A DNA stretch of 5,751 nucleotides from a virus: IMG/VR virus record IMGVR_UViG_3300045988_001841; one strand, 5' to 3'. Positions 4,341 to 5,751 of this stretch are shown one piece after another. Both the position numbers and the translations under genes were made by a program. The notes under the pieces were generated by a model. It ran no database searches and was not told the DNA's origin. It saw only the letters and a program-made list of their open reading frames with translations. Position 1 is the stretch's first letter. The number at the start of each line of letters is the position of its first letter.

Positions 4341-4580
4341 ATGAAACATGAATATTTTGGTCTGTGGGACAGTGTAGCAAAGTGCTTTGCATGGGTAGGC
4401 GAGAGCAAGAACAGTGCAACCTTTGCACGTATGTGCAACGTAATGGCAAAGGATGAAAAAACGTTTGTTGGACAGGCACCGGGCGACTATACCGGCTTTA
4501 AACTGGCAGAGTTTAACGACGAGACCGGAACCTTTGAAAACTGCAAGGAAAAAGTATGGGAGGGCAAGCCGCATGAATAA
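4341..4580 (+). CDS. VP5: VP5-like conserved gokushovirus non-structural protein (79 aa)
   Basis: GGAG (4327-4330) lies 10 nt before ATG 4341. The segment PGDYTGFKLAEFNDETGTF matches the ..DYTLFELGEFDDETG.. signature I recall from gokushovirus ORF5/VP5 proteins. Its position just before VP3 is canonical. Confidence 0.7.
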   Translation: MKHEYFGLWDSVAKCFAWVGESKNSATFARMCNVMAKDEKTFVGQAPGDYTGFKLAEFNDETGTFENCKEKVWEGKPHE

Positions 4581-4590
4581 ACGATACGAA

Positions 4591-4614
4591 GAAGGGCGAA
4601 CGCCCTTCTTTTCT
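4591..4614 (+). terminator. Intrinsic-terminator-like hairpin between VP5 and VP3
   Basis: gaagggc (4591-4597) pairs with gcccttc (4602-4608) around the loop gaac, followed by ttttct (4609-4614). It starts 11 nt after the VP5 stop. Confidence 0.55.
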
Positions 4615-4629
4615 GCATCAGGAGAAAAA

Positions 4630-4971
4630 ATGCGAAAACAATACGTCTGGGCAAAAGACGAGAAAGGACAAGAAGTGCTGCAAGAAACGGCACCAATCGA
4701 CATCCAGCAAGAAATTGAAAGCTATGCGGACGAATGTGACATCAAAAGCATCGTCCGAAAAGCTAGTTTCGACCCGCAATTTATGAAAAGTCTGTCACAG
4801 GGAGCGTTGGACGGAACAGAAGTGGACATCACCGAATTTCCGCAAAACATCCATGAGTATCACCGCATGATTGCAACAGCACAAGCAAACGCCATGAAAC
4901 TTGAAGAACTGCAAAAAATGGCAGCAGCGGAACCTAAAGCAGAACCTAAAGCAAAGGAGGGAGAAGAGTGA
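4630..4971 (+). CDS. VP3: Internal scaffolding protein VP3 (113 aa from ATG 4630; an alternative start at ATG 4573 gives 132 aa)
   Basis: AGGAG (4620-4624) lies 5 nt before ATG 4630. The motif ..YADECDIKSIVRK.. matches the conserved VP3 block (F.DECDIN.I), about 35 residues from this start as in known VP3 proteins. The tail is acidic and Lys-rich. The stop TGA (4969-4971) overlaps the VP1 GTG. ATG 4573 also has an SD (GGGAGGG 4558-4564) and overlaps the VP5 stop, so the start is ambiguous. The ORF-track start at 4453 lies inside VP5 in another frame and is rejected. Confidence 0.8.
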   Translation: MRKQYVWAKDEKGQEVLQETAPIDIQQEIESYADECDIKSIVRKASFDPQFMKSLSQGALDGTEVDITEFPQNIHEYHRMIATAQANAMKLEELQKMAAAEPKAEPKAKEGEE

Positions 4972-5751
4972 ATCGAAACAATGAAAGGCACTTTAATCAG
5001 ATTCCAGAAATAAAAGCAAGTCGAACGCGGTTTAACCGTGACCAGACGATTTTAACAACGTTCGATTCCGGCAAGCTGATTCCATTCTATGTTGACGAAG
5101 TATTACCGGGCGATACCTTCAACGTAGACACGGCAGCAATCATCCGAATGACAACGCCAAAATATCCTGTTTTCGATGACGCGTTCATCGATTTTTACTA
5201 CTTCTACTGTCCTAACCGTATCTTATGGGATGACTTCAAACAATTTATGGGAGAAGTCGAAAACACGCCTTGGATGCCAAAAAAGGACTACAAAGTGCCT
5301 CAAATCGTAGTAAAAGGAACAGCAGCAGAAGGACTGCCAAAAGAAAACAGCATCCTAGACTACATGGGAGTACCAACAAAAGTTGACGCACAATTCTCAA
5401 TCAACGCACTTCCCATCAGGGCATACGTCATGATATGGAACGAGTTTTTCCGAGACGAAAACGTTGATAATGCAGCAACATGGAAAAGCACCAGCGAAAA
5501 TGTAGAATATCAAGACACAGGCGATGAAGGAAACATTGAAGGAAATTTACAGCGGGCAATCAAAGGCGGCAGATGCTTACCGGTAAACAAATTCCACGAC
5601 TACTTCACCAGCTGTCTGCCTTATCCGCAGCGCGGGCCGGCAGTAGCACTGCCGATGGAAGGTAATGCACCGGTATTTGGATACAACACCATCCAAGACA
5701 GCGTTAAAACATCAGATAAAATAATCCTAAACGAGCCGTGGCCGGCAAACA
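4968..5751 (+). CDS. VP1: Major capsid protein VP1, N-terminal part (continues at base 1 via the circular junction; 5697..5751 duplicates 1..55)
   Basis: AAGGAGG (4954-4960) lies 7 nt before GTG 4968. The nearby ATG at 4981 is out of frame and hits a stop after 10 codons. The frame stays open to the window end. The translation VNRNNERHFNQIPEIKASRTRFNRDQTILTTFDSGKLIPFYVDEVLPGDTF...RAYVMIWNEFFRDENV...KFHDYFTSCLPYPQRG carries hallmark F/VP1 motifs. Confidence 0.93.
   Translation, partial: MNRNNERHFNQIPEIKASRTRFNRDQTILTTFDSGKLIPFYVDEVLPGDTFNVDTAAIIRMTTPKYPVFDDAFIDFYYFYCPNRILWDDFKQFMGEVENTPWMPKKDYKVPQIVVKGTAAEGLPKENSILDYMGVPTKVDAQFSINALPIRAYVMIWNEFFRDENVDNAATWKSTSENVEYQDTGDEGNIEGNLQRAIKGGRCLPVNKFHDYFTSCLPYPQRGPAVALPMEGNAPVFGYNTIQDSVKTSDKIILNEPWPAN
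5697..5751. repeat. Terminal redundancy (right copy), identical to 1..55
   Basis: Exact 55/55 identity with the window start. Confidence 0.95.

Noticed and set aside
4453-4572. Upstream part of the 172-aa ORF (start at 4453) as the VP3 N-terminus
   Set aside because: It lies entirely within the VP5-like gene in a different frame, has no SD, and encodes Arg/Lys/Leu-rich sequence (MKKRLLDRHRATIPALNWQSLTTRPEPLKTARKKYGRASR). VP3 homology begins downstream.
4089-4703. 204-aa minus-strand ORF, together with the other minus-strand ORFs (544..840, 1332..1748, 2562..2843, 3401..3589, 3537..4034, 4178..4438, 4487..4696)
   Set aside because: They lie antisense to well-supported + strand genes. The + strand is A-rich and T-poor, so TTA/CTA/TCA (minus-strand stops) are rare and long antisense frames arise by chance. 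Their products are Phe/Leu/Cys/Ser-rich low-complexity sequence, they have no SD sites, and Microviridae encode all genes on one strand.

Overview
The window is one complete, circularly permuted genome of a Gokushovirinae-like member of the Microviridae (ssDNA phage). Bases 1-55 are identical to 5697-5751, so the unit genome is 5,696 nt and the window ends are an assembly overlap. All convincing genes are on the + strand, which looks A-rich and T-poor by eye. Gene order is: major capsid VP1 (GTG start at 4968, wraps through the junction, ends at 921), pilot/minor capsid VP2, HUH rolling-circle replication initiator VP4, a ~550-nt non-coding region (2835-3386), an M15-family zinc peptidoglycan peptidase, two small helical hypothetical proteins, a 40-aa highly basic J/VP8-like DNA-packaging peptide, a VP5-like protein, then scaffold VP3. 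Strong AGGAGG-type ribosome binding sites, one perfect sigma70-type promoter and three hairpin-plus-T-tract terminators suggest a phiX-like nested transcription map. Two things stand out for a normally very compact virus family. First, the structured non-coding region holds stem-loops, a duplicated 20-mer of alternating purine/pyrimidine at about 80% G+C, an AT-rich motif resembling the phiX174 origin nick site, and nine same-strand GTTGA(A/G)A iterons in two phased clusters around a palindrome. I read this as a candidate replication origin or regulatory hub. Second, an accessory module led by a peptidoglycan peptidase has no signal peptide and no recognisable holin. All functional calls come from motif recognition by eye; no database search was possible.
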